DNA of 18,326 nucleotides from Myxococcota bacterium (lineage in GTDB: Bacteria; Myxococcota_A; UBA9160; PR03). Shown piece by piece: positions 9,925 to 18,326 of the stretch. Numbering within the stretch: the first letter of the stretch is position 1; each line of letters starts with the position of its first letter. The stretch spans positions 1 through 18,326 of the forward strand of contig JBFIML010000057.1 in the NCBI GenBank assembly GCA_041611735.1, read 5' to 3'. A model generated the notes under the pieces. That model did not search any database. It saw only the letters and a program-made list of their open reading frames with translations, and was not told the DNA's origin. The position numbers were made by a program, and so were the translations under genes.

Positions 9925-11400
9925 ATGAGCGCCAACCCCCCGCGCCCGAGCGACTGGACCTCCACGGCCTGCATCCTGTGCGAGTGTAACTGCGGGATCG
10001 AGGTGCAGCTCGGCGGGGCGGATGGCCGCCGCTTCGTGAGGATTCGCGGGGACAAGGCGCACCCGGCCTCCCACCTTCCTGCCGCCTACTCGCGCGCGAC
10101 GCGGGCCGCGCTCGGCTCCGCGTACCGCTCGAACGCGCTCGCCCAGGAGAAGACCGGCGAGTTCTGGGTGAGCGCCAGGATGATGGGGGCCTTCACGCGC
10201 GCGGACTTCGAGCACTGCGAGGTCGGCGTCTTCATCGGCAAGAACCCCTGGTTCTCCCACAGCATCCCGCGCGCCCGCGTCACGCTACGAGAGATCGCAA
10301 AGGACCCGGCGCGCTCCCTGATCGTGATCGATCCGCGGCGCTCGGAGACCGCGGACCTCGCGGACTACCACCTCCAGGTTCGCCCCGGCGGCGATGCCTG
10401 GCTGCTGGCGGCGATGGTGGGGGTTCTGGTCCAGGAGGAACTGCTGGCGCGGGACTGGCTGGCGGAGCACAGCGAGGGGCTCGAGGAGGTGCTGCCGCAC
10501 TTCGAGTCGCTCTCCGTGTCGAGCTACTGCCAGAAGGCGGGGGTTCCCGAAGCGCAGGTGCGCGCCGTGACACGGCGCATCGCCACCGCCTCCAGCACGG
10601 CGTTCTTCGAGGACCTGGGCGTCCAGATGAACCGGCACTCCACCCTGGTGAGCTACCTGCATCGCCTGCTCTGCTTCGGCACCGGGAACTTCGGCAAGCA
10701 GGGCGCCGCGTACTCGCCGGCGAGCCTCCAGCCCCTGGCCTCCGCCTCGAGCATCGAGCGCAGGAGCCCCGTCACGCGCTCCCGCATCATCTCGGGCCTG
10801 GTCCCGTGCAACGTGATCCCCGACGAGATCCTGACCGACCATCCCAAGCGCTTCCGCGCCATGCTCTGCGAGAGCGCCAATCCGGCCCACTCCCTGGCGG
10901 ACGGCCCGCGCATGCGCGAGGCGATCGAGGCTCTGGACCTGCTGGTGGTGATCGATGTGGCGATGAGCGAGACGGCGCGGCTCGCCGACTACGTGCTCCC
11001 CGTGGCGACGCAGTTCGAGAAGGCCGAGGCCACCTTCTTCAACTTCGAGTTCCCGAACAACTACTTCCACCTGCGGCGTCCGCTGCTGGAGCCGCCCGAG
11101 GGCCTGTTCTCCGAGGCGGAACTCCCTCGAGGCGCTGGGCGTGTTGCCGGAGCCCGCGGTGGAGAGCCTGCGCGAGGCCTGGGAGCAGGGACGCGAGCGC
11201 TTCCGGACCACGTTCTTCGAGCTGATCGGGCAAAACCCCGCCTTCTTCGCCATGGCGCCCTGCCTGCTGTACCGCGCCATCGGCGACAAGCTCCCCTATC
11301 GCCTGGGATAAGGTGCGGTGCTCTGGGCGCTGGCGCAGATCGCCGCCCAGCGCTCGCCGGATTCGATCCGCCGCGCTGGCTTCGAAGGGGAGGGGCACCG
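9925..11400 (+). pseudogene. Molybdopterin-dependent oxidoreductase (DMSO reductase superfamily), disrupted
   Basis: RBS GAGAGG and ATG9925. CILCECNCG lacks the fourth Cys (abrupt jump HPAS|HLPAAYS at about 10072). IGKNPW, IVIDPRRSETA and DVAMSETARLADYVLP are present. Frameshift at about 11125 (continues LEALGVLPE... in another frame), in-frame TAA at 11309-11311, and no C-terminal dinucleotide-binding domain. Confidence 0.82.
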
Positions 11401-11478
11401 CGGCCCGCGTCGAAGCCGTGTAGGTCTCTGGTCGCGAGGCCGTTCGACCGGGTACCATGGCGACGGGAGGACGGTCGC

Positions 11479-11838
11479 TTGGCAAAGACGAGCAAGCCCG
11501 GCGGCGGCAAGCTGCCCGGCACCTTCAAGCGCTTCGTGGAGCGCTTTCCCGCCCTGGCGAAGACCCACGAGGACGTGGCCCAGGCCGTGGAGCGCATGGG
11601 ACCGCTGGACCGAAAGACCTGCGAGCTGGTGAAGATCGGCATCTCGCTGGGCGCCGGGCTCGAGTCGGCACTGCGCAGCCACGTGCGCCGGGCCGTGCAG
11701 GCGGGCGCCAGCGTGGAGGAGATCGAGCAGGCCATCATGCTGGGCATGAACACCACCGGCTTCCCGCGCACGGTGGCAGCCTGGAGCTGGGCGCACCAGC
11801 AGTTCGCGCGCGACACGGCCGAGCGGGAGGGCGCGTGA
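11479..11838 (+). CDS. Carboxymuconolactone decarboxylase (CMD/AhpD-like) family protein lacking CxxC (119 aa)
   Basis: RBS GGGAGGA(11465-11471) before TTG11479. GPLDRKTCELVKIGISLGAG...SHVRRAVQAGASVEEIEQAI...TTGFP. Confidence 0.82.
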   Translation: MAKTSKPGGGKLPGTFKRFVERFPALAKTHEDVAQAVERMGPLDRKTCELVKIGISLGAGLESALRSHVRRAVQAGASVEEIEQAIMLGMNTTGFPRTVAAWSWAHQQFARDTAEREGA

Positions 11839-12086
11839 GCGTCTTGACGGTGAAGCTCTTCGGACGCGAGGCTGAGCTCGCGGGCCGTCGCGAGGTTTGC
11901 GTGCGCGTGCCGGATCGGGCGCTGACCTGCGCCGACCTGGCCCGCCTGCTCGCGGAGGCCGAGCCGAGCCTGGGCCCGACCCTCGCGCATTGCCGCTTCG
12001 CCGTGAACCACGTCTTCGCCAGGGACGAGGCGAGCGTGGGACCGGACGACGAAGTGGCGCTGATCGGCATGGTGAGCGGCGGATGA
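11835..12086 (+). CDS. moaD: Molybdopterin synthase sulfur carrier subunit (83 aa)
   Basis: GTG start overlapping the upstream TGA. VKLFG, FAVNH, and C-terminal DEVALIGMVSGG. Confidence 0.92.
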   Translation: MSVLTVKLFGREAELAGRREVCVRVPDRALTCADLARLLAEAEPSLGPTLAHCRFAVNHVFARDEASVGPDDEVALIGMVSGG

Positions 12087-12490
12087 AGCTCGCGGTGCGG
12101 ATCGTGGACGGACCGCTGGCGGAGACGGCGCCCGTCTGGGCGCCGCCGGGCGCGGGCGCCGTAGTATGCTTCGAGGGGGTGGCGCGCCCCACCGAGCACG
12201 GCGAGCCGATCGCCACGCTCGACTACGAGGCCTACGAGCCCATGGCCAGCCGTGAGCTCGAGCGCCTGGCCCGGGAGGTGCTGCACGAGTTCGGCCTGCT
12301 CGGGGTGCTGGTCGAGCACAGCCGCGGGCGCGTGGCGGTGGGCGAGCGCTCGTTCCGGCTGCGCGTGGCGGCGCTCCACCGCAAGGAGGCACTGGCCGCG
12401 CTGGAGCGCTTCATCGACCGCCTCAAGCAGGACGTGCCGATCTGGAAGCAGGCCGTGGCCTTCGACGGCAAGGGAGCGTTGCGCACGTGA
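12083..12490 (+). CDS. moaE: Molybdopterin synthase catalytic subunit (135 aa)
   Basis: ATGA overlap. GAVVCFEGVAR, LDYEAYEPMA, HRKEA and LKQDVPIWK. Confidence 0.93.
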   Translation: MKLAVRIVDGPLAETAPVWAPPGAGAVVCFEGVARPTEHGEPIATLDYEAYEPMASRELERLAREVLHEFGLLGVLVEHSRGRVAVGERSFRLRVAALHRKEALAALERFIDRLKQDVPIWKQAVAFDGKGALRT

Positions 12491-13695
12491 GAGGCCAGGG
12501 GGCTGGCTTCGCGTTCCCGGCGCCGCGCGATGCCCTCGACGCACTCCTGGCGAGCATCGAGCCGCTCGGGAGCGAGACCGTGGCTTGGAGCGAGGCGAGC
12601 GGGCGTGTCCTCGCCGAGGCGGTCGTGGCGGACCGCGACAGCCCGTCCTGCGACGTGAGCGCGATGGACGGCTACGCCGTGCGCGCCGCCGACCTCGCGC
12701 AGGGCGTGCTTCCGGTGGTCGGCGAGGCCGCGATCGGCCGGCCTCCCCCGCCGCTTCCCGCGGGCCGGGCGCTGCGCATCTTCACCGGGGGGCCGGTGCC
12801 CTCGGACGCCGACGCGGTGGTGCGTCGCGAGGACACCGAGGAGCACCCCGACCGGATCCGCGTGGCGCCCGACCTGCGCCTGGCGGAGGGCGCGAACATC
12901 CGGCGCCGCGGGGAGAACGTGCGCGCGGGCACCCGCGTGGTCGCGCCGGGCGCACTGCTCGACCCGGCCGCAATGACCGCGCTGGTGAGCTTCGGAGTGG
13001 CGCGCGCGCGCGTGCACCGGCGGGTGAGAGTGGGCGTCCTGGTGACCGGGGACGAGCTGCGTGAAGTGGGTGCGGACGTCGCGCCCTGGGAGCTGCGCGA
13101 CTCGAACGGCCCGGCGCTGCGCGCGCTGCTGGCGTCGCGTCCCTGGCTCGCCCTCGAGGCCGTCGAGCGGGTGGCCGACGACCTGCGCGCCACCACGGAC
13201 GCGGTGGGTGCGCTGCTCGAGCGCTGCGACGCGCTGGTGCTGACGGGCGGGGTCTCGATGGGCGACCACGATCACGTGCCCGACGCCGTGCGCAAGGCGG
13301 GCGCCGAGGTCGTGTTCCACAAGCTCCCGATCCGCCCGGGAAAGCCGCTGCTCGCGGCGCTCGGTCCGCGCGGGCAGGTGATCCTGGGACTCCCGGGCAA
13401 CCCGGTCTCGGTGATGGTGACGGGACGCCGCTTCGGCGTGCCGGCGCTCGCGCGGCGTGCGGGAGTCGCGCGGGCCGAGCGGCCTCGGCCGGTGCTGGAG
13501 CTCGTCGATCGCGATGCGCGCACGCTCGGGCTGTGGTGGTACCGGATCGTCGAGCGCGTGCAGGACGGCCGCGCGCGCCTGGTGCCGAACCAGGGCTCGG
13601 GCGACCTGGTGGCGGCCGCACGCAGCGACGGCTTCGTCGAGATCCCGCCCGGCGACGCGGGCGCAGGTCCGTGGCCCTTCTGGACCTGGCGATGA
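12487..13695 (+). CDS. moeA: Molybdopterin molybdotransferase (402 aa)
   Basis: [43 protein letters not shown] and GLPGNPVS. Confidence 0.95.
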   Translation: MRGQGAGFAFPAPRDALDALLASIEPLGSETVAWSEASGRVLAEAVVADRDSPSCDVSAMDGYAVRAADLAQGVLPVVGEAAIGRPPPPLPAGRALRIFTGGPVPSDADAVVRREDTEEHPDRIRVAPDLRLAEGANIRRRGENVRAGTRVVAPGALLDPAAMTALVSFGVARARVHRRVRVGVLVTGDELREVGADVAPWELRDSNGPALRALLASRPWLALEAVERVADDLRATTDAVGALLERCDALVLTGGVSMGDHDHVPDAVRKAGAEVVFHKLPIRPGKPLLAALGPRGQVILGLPGNPVSVMVTGRRFGVPALARRAGVARAERPRPVLELVDRDARTLGLWWYRIVERVQDGRARLVPNQGSGDLVAAARSDGFVEIPPGDAGAGPWPFWTWR

Positions 13696-14195
13696 GCGAG
13701 CCCAAGCCCGCGAAGCTCTCCCACGTGGACGAGAAGGGGCGGGCGCGCATGGTGGACGTGGGCGAGAAACCCGTGACCGCGCGCCGCGCCGTGGCGGAGG
13801 CGCGCGTGCGGGTGGGCGCCGAGCTGGCGGAGCGCATTCGTGAGAACAGTCTGGCCAAGGGCGACCTGCTCGCCGTGGCGCGCCTGGCGGGCATCCAGGC
13901 CGCCAAACGCACCTGGGAGCTGATCCCGCTCTGCCATCCGCTCGCCCTCGACCACGTGGACGTCGAGGCGTGGGTGGAGGGCGATCGCGTGCACCTGCGC
14001 GCGGAGGCGAAGACACGGGGGCCGACCGGCGTCGAGATGGAGGCGCTCACCGCCGCATCGGTGGCTGCGCTCACCGTGATCGACATGGGCAAGGCCATGG
14101 CGCGCGACATGATGATCGAGTCGGTGCGCCTGGTCGAGAAGACGGGCGGCCGGAGCGGCGACTACCGCACGCCGAGCGGAGGAACGGGCGCATGA
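13692..14195 (+). CDS. moaC: Cyclic pyranopterin monophosphate synthase (167 aa)
   Basis: [36 protein letters not shown] and KTGGRSG. Confidence 0.95.
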   Translation: MSEPKPAKLSHVDEKGRARMVDVGEKPVTARRAVAEARVRVGAELAERIRENSLAKGDLLAVARLAGIQAAKRTWELIPLCHPLALDHVDVEAWVEGDRVHLRAEAKTRGPTGVEMEALTAASVAALTVIDMGKAMARDMMIESVRLVEKTGGRSGDYRTPSGGTGA

Positions 14196-14680
14196 CGCTC
14201 CGCCTCGCGGTGCTCACGGTGAGCGACCGCTGCTCGCTCGGACAGGCGGAGGACACGTCGGGTCCGGCGCTGGCGGAGCGGGCGCGGGGCGCGCTCGACG
14301 CCGAGATCGTGGCGCGCTCGTGCGTGCCCGACGACGTGGAGCGCATCGCCTCGACGCTGCGTGGCTGGGCGCTCGAGGCGCCGCGTCCCGAGCTGATCCT
14401 CACCACCGGTGGGACGGGACTGGGTCCGCGCGACGTGACGCCCGAGGCGACGCTCTCGGTGCTCGAGCGGCGTCATGCGGGCCTGCTCGAGCTGGCGCGA
14501 CTGCGCTGCGCCGAGAAGACGCCGAAGGCGTTCCTGTCGCGCGGCGAGGCAGGGAGCATTGGACGCACCCTGGTCGTCAACCTGCCCGGCTCCGAGCGCG
14601 GCGCGCTCGAGTTCCTGGACGCGCTCGTCGACGTGCTTCCGCACGCAGTCGCGATGCTACGGGGCGAGAAGCACGCTTGA
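14192..14680 (+). CDS. mogA: Molybdopterin adenylyltransferase, MogA/MoaB family (162 aa)
   Basis: [30 protein letters not shown] and NLPGS. Confidence 0.88.
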   Translation: MTLRLAVLTVSDRCSLGQAEDTSGPALAERARGALDAEIVARSCVPDDVERIASTLRGWALEAPRPELILTTGGTGLGPRDVTPEATLSVLERRHAGLLELARLRCAEKTPKAFLSRGEAGSIGRTLVVNLPGSERGALEFLDALVDVLPHAVAMLRGEKHA

Positions 14681-15894
14681 CGCGGGCGCGGCACCCGGCG
14701 TCGTTTCGCTTCACGCTGACCGAGCTCTCCGGCGGGCTCGGCGACCTCGGTACCTTCCTGCCGCTCGTGCTCGCGATGTCGATCGTGTGCGGCCTCGACT
14801 TCGGCGTGGTGCTGGTCTGGGCGGGGGTCGCGAGCATCGCGACGGGCGTGTGGTCGCGTCAGCCGATCCCGGTGCAGCCGATGAAGGCCATCGCGGCGGT
14901 CGCCATCTCGGAGCGGCTGCTGGCGGGCGAGATCGCGGCCGCCGGGATGCTGATGGGCGCGGCGATGCTGCTGCTCGGCGCGACGGGCGCCGTCGGCTGG
15001 GCCGGTCGGCGCGTTCCGCGCGCCATCGTGCGGGGCATCCAGCTCGGCGTCGGCCTGAAGCTGGCGCTGCGCGGCGCCCAGTGGCTGGCCGGCACGGGGA
15101 GCGTCCCCGGCGGGTCCGGGGGGCTCCCGTTTCTAGGCTGGGACAGCCTGCTGGTGGCGGGGCTCGTGGCGGCCGTGCTGCTCGCGCCCGCGCTGCGGCC
15201 GGCACCGGTGCTGCTGCTGGTGTTCCTGGCCGGCTTCGGCCTGCTCTACCTCGGCGAACCGGCCGCCTTCGCGGGCCTCGCGCTGAGCCCGCCGCGGTTC
15301 GCGTGGAGCCTCCCGGACGGCGCGCAGTGGCTCACGGGCCTGGGGCGCGCAGCTCTGCCCCAGCTCCCGCTGACCCTGCTCAACTCCGTGATCGCCGTCT
15401 GCGCCTTGAGCGCCGACTACTTTCCCGGCCGCGGCATCCCAGCGCGGCGCATGGCGACCAGCATCGGCCTGCTGAACCTGCTCTTCGTGCCCGTGGGTGG
15501 CGTGCCGCTCTGCCACGGGGCTGGTGGACTGGCGGCTCAATACCAGTTCGGGGCGCGCACCGGGGGGAGCATGATCCTGCTCGGCGCGCTGAAGCTCGTG
15601 GCGGGGCTGTTGTTCGGAGGGGCGCTGGTGGGGCTGCTCTCGGCGTACCCGGTATCGATCCTGGCGGTGCTGCTGGTGTTCGCGGGCGCGCGGCTGGCGT
15701 CCGCGGCGCGCGACGTGCGCGGTCGCCAAGACGTCGCGCTCGTGGCGCTGACGGCGGTCACGATCGTGGCCGTGAACACGTTGGCGGGCTTCGTCACGGG
15801 GAGCGTCGTAGCCCTGGCTCTGGCCGCGCCGCGCCGGACGCAGCATGAGCGATCGGCCGGCGGTCCGGCGCGGGCGGGAGAGCGCGAGGTGTGA
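14677..15894 (+). CDS. MOT1-family molybdate transporter (about 405 aa)
   Basis: Likely TTG start overlapping the mogA stop. ELSGGLGDLGT, PIPVQPMKAIAA, LPQLPLTLLNSVI and PLCHGAGGLAAQYQFGARTG are MOT1-type motifs. Confidence 0.88.
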   Translation: MTRARHPASFRFTLTELSGGLGDLGTFLPLVLAMSIVCGLDFGVVLVWAGVASIATGVWSRQPIPVQPMKAIAAVAISERLLAGEIAAAGMLMGAAMLLLGATGAVGWAGRRVPRAIVRGIQLGVGLKLALRGAQWLAGTGSVPGGSGGLPFLGWDSLLVAGLVAAVLLAPALRPAPVLLLVFLAGFGLLYLGEPAAFAGLALSPPRFAWSLPDGAQWLTGLGRAALPQLPLTLLNSVIAVCALSADYFPGRGIPARRMATSIGLLNLLFVPVGGVPLCHGAGGLAAQYQFGARTGGSMILLGALKLVAGLLFGGALVGLLSAYPVSILAVLLVFAGARLASAARDVRGRQDVALVALTAVTIVAVNTLAGFVTGSVVALALAAPRRTQHERSAGGPARAGEREV

Positions 15895-16517
15895 GGCGGG
15901 TTCCGGTCTACATCCTGGCCGGAGGGCGCAGCCGACGCTTCGGCTCGGACAAGGCGCGCGCGCTCCTCGCCGGCGAGCCCTTGCTGGTGCGCGTGGCGCA
16001 CGCCCTCGAGCCGGTAGCGCAGCGGATCGCCGTGGTGGCGGACCGGGCAGACCGCTACCGGGATCTGGGCTGCGTCACGCTGGCGGACCGTGTCGCGGAG
16101 TCCGGTCCGCTCGGCGGGCTGCACGCCGCGCTCCACGACCGCCTCGAGCGCGACGGGCCGGGCTGGCTGCTGCTCGCATCCTGCGACCTGCTCGAGATTC
16201 GGCTGCCGTGGATCGAGCGGCTGCTCGCGCGCGCGACCAACGAGGTCGCCGCGGTGGCATTCCGCGACGCACGCTGGCAGCCGCTGCTCGCCCTCTACCA
16301 CACGGTGCTGCTGGAGGCGGTGGAAGCGCAGCTCGGCGCAGGGCGCCGCGCCCTGCACGAGCTCCTCGAGCGGGGCCCGAGCGCGGCACTGGCGCCACCC
16401 GCGGATCTGCCGGCGACCTGGCAGGCCAACACGCCGGGCGAGCTCGCGGCGTATGCGCGGAGCGTCAGAGAAGCGGTGCACGCGCTAGGCCAGGCGGTGC
16501 CTCGCCGGCGTCGCTAG
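15891..16517 (+). CDS. mobA: Molybdenum cofactor guanylyltransferase (208 aa)
   Basis: ILAGGRSRRFGSDKA, GPLGGL, SCD, QPLLALY and ANTP. Confidence 0.92.
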   Translation: MRRVPVYILAGGRSRRFGSDKARALLAGEPLLVRVAHALEPVAQRIAVVADRADRYRDLGCVTLADRVAESGPLGGLHAALHDRLERDGPGWLLLASCDLLEIRLPWIERLLARATNEVAAVAFRDARWQPLLALYHTVLLEAVEAQLGAGRRALHELLERGPSAALAPPADLPATWQANTPGELAAYARSVREAVHALGQAVPRRRR

Positions 16518-17536
16518 CCGCCGCGCGTGTGCATCTCCAGGTGCGGCTCGGCGCGCAGGGCGTCCGCGTCCACCAATGGAGCCCGTCCTGCCAGGGCGAG
16601 GCGCTGCTCGGCGCCGCGGTCGCGCCGGCCCCGCCAGCAGCGCGCGATGTGCTCCCGGAGTTCGTCCCGGGAAGCGCCTCCGCGCAGCAGCGCGCGGAGG
16701 TCCGTCCCGACCCGTGCGTACAGGCACAGCAGCAGCTGGCCGTCGGCGGTCAGCCGCGCGCGGTCGCAGGTGCCGCAGAAGGGCGACGTGGTGGAGGGCA
16801 CGATCCCGAAGCGGCGGCCATCCGGCAGGCGGTAGCGTGCCGCGGGCGCCGACGCGTCGGTCTCGGCGGGCTCGATCCGGCCGTGGCGGGTCGCGAGGCG
16901 GTTCAGGATCTCGTCGCCCGAGACCACCTGCTCCGACGACCAGCCCGTGGCTCCGCCCACGTCCATGTACTCGATGAAGCGCACTTCCGCGCCGACCACG
17001 CTGCCGTAGTCGAGCAGGTCATCGAGCTCGTCGTCGTTCAGCCCCCGCACCACCACGCAGTTGAGCTTGAGGGCGCGGAAGCCCGCGCGCCCGGCGCTCT
17101 CGATGCCGGTCCGCACCCGGTGGAGATCGGTGCGCCGGGTGAGCGCCCGGAAGCGCTCCGGCCTGAGCGTGTCGAGGCTCACCGTGACGCGGTGCAGCCC
17201 GGCCTCCGCGAGTCCGTCGGCGGCGTGAGCCAGTAGAACGCCATTGGTCGTCAGCGCCAGGTCGCGGATGCGCGGCTCCGCGGCCAGCATCCGCACCAGC
17301 ACCGGCAAGGCGCGGCGCAGCAGGGGCTCGCCGCCCGTCAAGCGGATGCGCTCGAGGCCGAGGTCTGCGAACACCCGGACCAGGGCGTGGATCTCCTCGA
17401 AGTGCAGCAGATCCTCGCGCGGCAGCCAGACGTAGTCGCGCTCCGGCATGCAGTAGCCGCAGCGCAGGTTGCAGCGGTCGGTGACCGAGATGCGCAGGTT
17501 CCGGAGCGGCCGGCGCAAGCCGTCGTGGAGGGGCAT
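16514..17536 (-). CDS. moaA: GTP 3',8-cyclase, radical SAM (340 aa)
   Basis: Likely start ATG at 17536. LRISVTDRCNLRCGYC, LTGGEPLLR, FCGTCDRARLTADG...CL and C-terminal RGG. Converges on mobA with a shared CTAG. Confidence 0.96.
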   Translation of the reverse strand: MPLHDGLRRPLRNLRISVTDRCNLRCGYCMPERDYVWLPREDLLHFEEIHALVRVFADLGLERIRLTGGEPLLRRALPVLVRMLAAEPRIRDLALTTNGVLLAHAADGLAEAGLHRVTVSLDTLRPERFRALTRRTDLHRVRTGIESAGRAGFRALKLNCVVVRGLNDDELDDLLDYGSVVGAEVRFIEYMDVGGATGWSSEQVVSGDEILNRLATRHGRIEPAETDASAPAARYRLPDGRRFGIVPSTTSPFCGTCDRARLTADGQLLLCLYARVGTDLRALLRGGASRDELREHIARCWRGRRDRGAEQRLALAGRAPLVDADALRAEPHLEMHTRGG

Positions 17537-17726
17537 TGCGGACCGCAGTATGCCGTGCCTGGAGACGTCGGCCCACTGTGCCGGCCTGTCACAGCGCGTT
17601 GATCGACTGAGGCACGTTTGCACTCCCTCGTGCTCGCACCCTTGCGAGCGCCGGAGCGAAAGTTGCAACTGGCCCGTCCCTGCAGGGGAGGGTGCACTGG
17701 TGAACCATCGGCAGCGATCCTGGAAG

Positions 17727-18069
17727 ATGCGCGGCCTCGCGCATGCGTGCGCGTTGCTCGCGCTGCTCGGCGCTCGCGGCCGCGGACCTCGAGACGGCTC
17801 TCGAGACGCTTGCCTCGGCAGCGCAGGCCGAGGAGAGCCTCTCGCCGGCGTTCCGCGAGGCGCTCGGCGGCGTCATCGACGCGCTCCGCGCCGAGGCCGA
17901 GGCGGGATGCTCACCGGTTGGAGCGGCCGCAGCGGCGGGCGTCGCGGCCGCCCCGGGGCGCCCGTGCCTGGCCGAGCGCATCCATCCCTTCGGCGACATT
18001 CGGCTGCGCTACGAGCACGACCGCAATCGCCCGCGCACCGACGACCGCAACCGCACCCGCGCAAGAATG
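17727..18069 (+). pseudogene. 5' fragment of a putative outer-membrane porin
   Basis: Signal-like MRGLAHACALLALLGA from ATG17727, then a frame change near 17770 (alternative in-frame ATG at 17743) to LAAADLETALE...RIHPFGDIRLRYEHDRNRPRTDDRNRTRARM. This resembles the GD-x-RLRYE...RxRxRxR beta-strand start of putative porins and stops abruptly. Confidence 0.55.
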
Positions 18070-18326
18070 AGCTCTGGGTCACCAACGGCCGCATCAACGA
18101 GGTCTGGCAGTCCGCCTTCGACGACGTGCGCAAGCCGTACATCAACCAGCGCTGGCCGGATACCTTCGTCGAGCTGCATCCGGAGGGCGCGCGCCCCCGC
18201 GGCGTGGAGAGCGGCGACGAGGAGCACTTCACGCGCCTCCAGGAGGCCGGCGGTGGCGATCGTGAGCGACGCGGTGCGCCCCGGCGTGCTGTTCCTGAAC
18301 TTCCTGCACCTCGACAGCCCGGCCAA
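18069..18326 (+). pseudogene. C-terminal fragment of an AioA/IdrA-family molybdoenzyme large subunit; runs off the window
   Basis: ELWVTNGRINEVWQSAFDDVRKPYINQRWPDTFVELHPEGARPRGVESGDE from 18069, then EHFTRLQEAG, then after a frameshift near 18250 AVAIVSDAVRPGVLFLNFLHLDSPA. The NGRxNEVWQ motif is typical of arsenite-oxidase-family domain IV. Confidence 0.72.

Noticed and set aside
9865-11838. 657-aa oxidoreductase-CMD fusion protein from the ORF track
   Set aside because: Oxidoreductase similarity leaves this frame at about 11125 and the linker is out-of-frame sequence. The CMD gene has its own RBS and TTG start at 11479.
17670-17684. Sigma-54 promoter TGGCCCG...TGCA
   Set aside because: GG-to-GC spacing is 9 nt rather than the required 10.

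Overview
High-GC bacterial DNA that opens with the 3' end of a tRNA gene (complete T-arm CCTGG-TTCGAAT-CCAGG, acceptor strand AGGGCCC, discriminator A). The 25-bp string GTTCGAATCCAGGAGGGCCCACCCG recurs exactly at 5-29, 3745-3769 and 6742-6766. The copies are flanked by conserved 11-bp-period TTGTCGC doublets (integrase arm-type-like) and IHF-like boxes. They delimit two small integrase-free cassettes in tandem at the tRNA. Cassette 1 (3740 bp) holds one class III cyclase-STAND ATPase-TPR gene. Cassette 2 (2997 bp) holds a YrbG-type Ca2+/cation antiporter and a divergent CNNM/CBS protein fused to a PTS EIIA domain. Downstream lie a PerR-like Fur regulator, a signal-peptide-bearing catalase-peroxidase (katG), a deletion-damaged molybdopterin oxidoreductase pseudogene, and a tightly coupled Moco cluster (CMD-family gene, moaD, moaE, moeA, moaC, mogA/moaB, MOT1-type molybdate transporter, mobA, convergent moaA). 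At the right edge is a chimeric remnant: a putative porin 5' part joined to a C-terminal fragment of an AioA/IdrA-family (arsenite oxidase/iodate reductase-like) molybdoenzyme. All family calls come from motif recognition by eye; no database searches were run.
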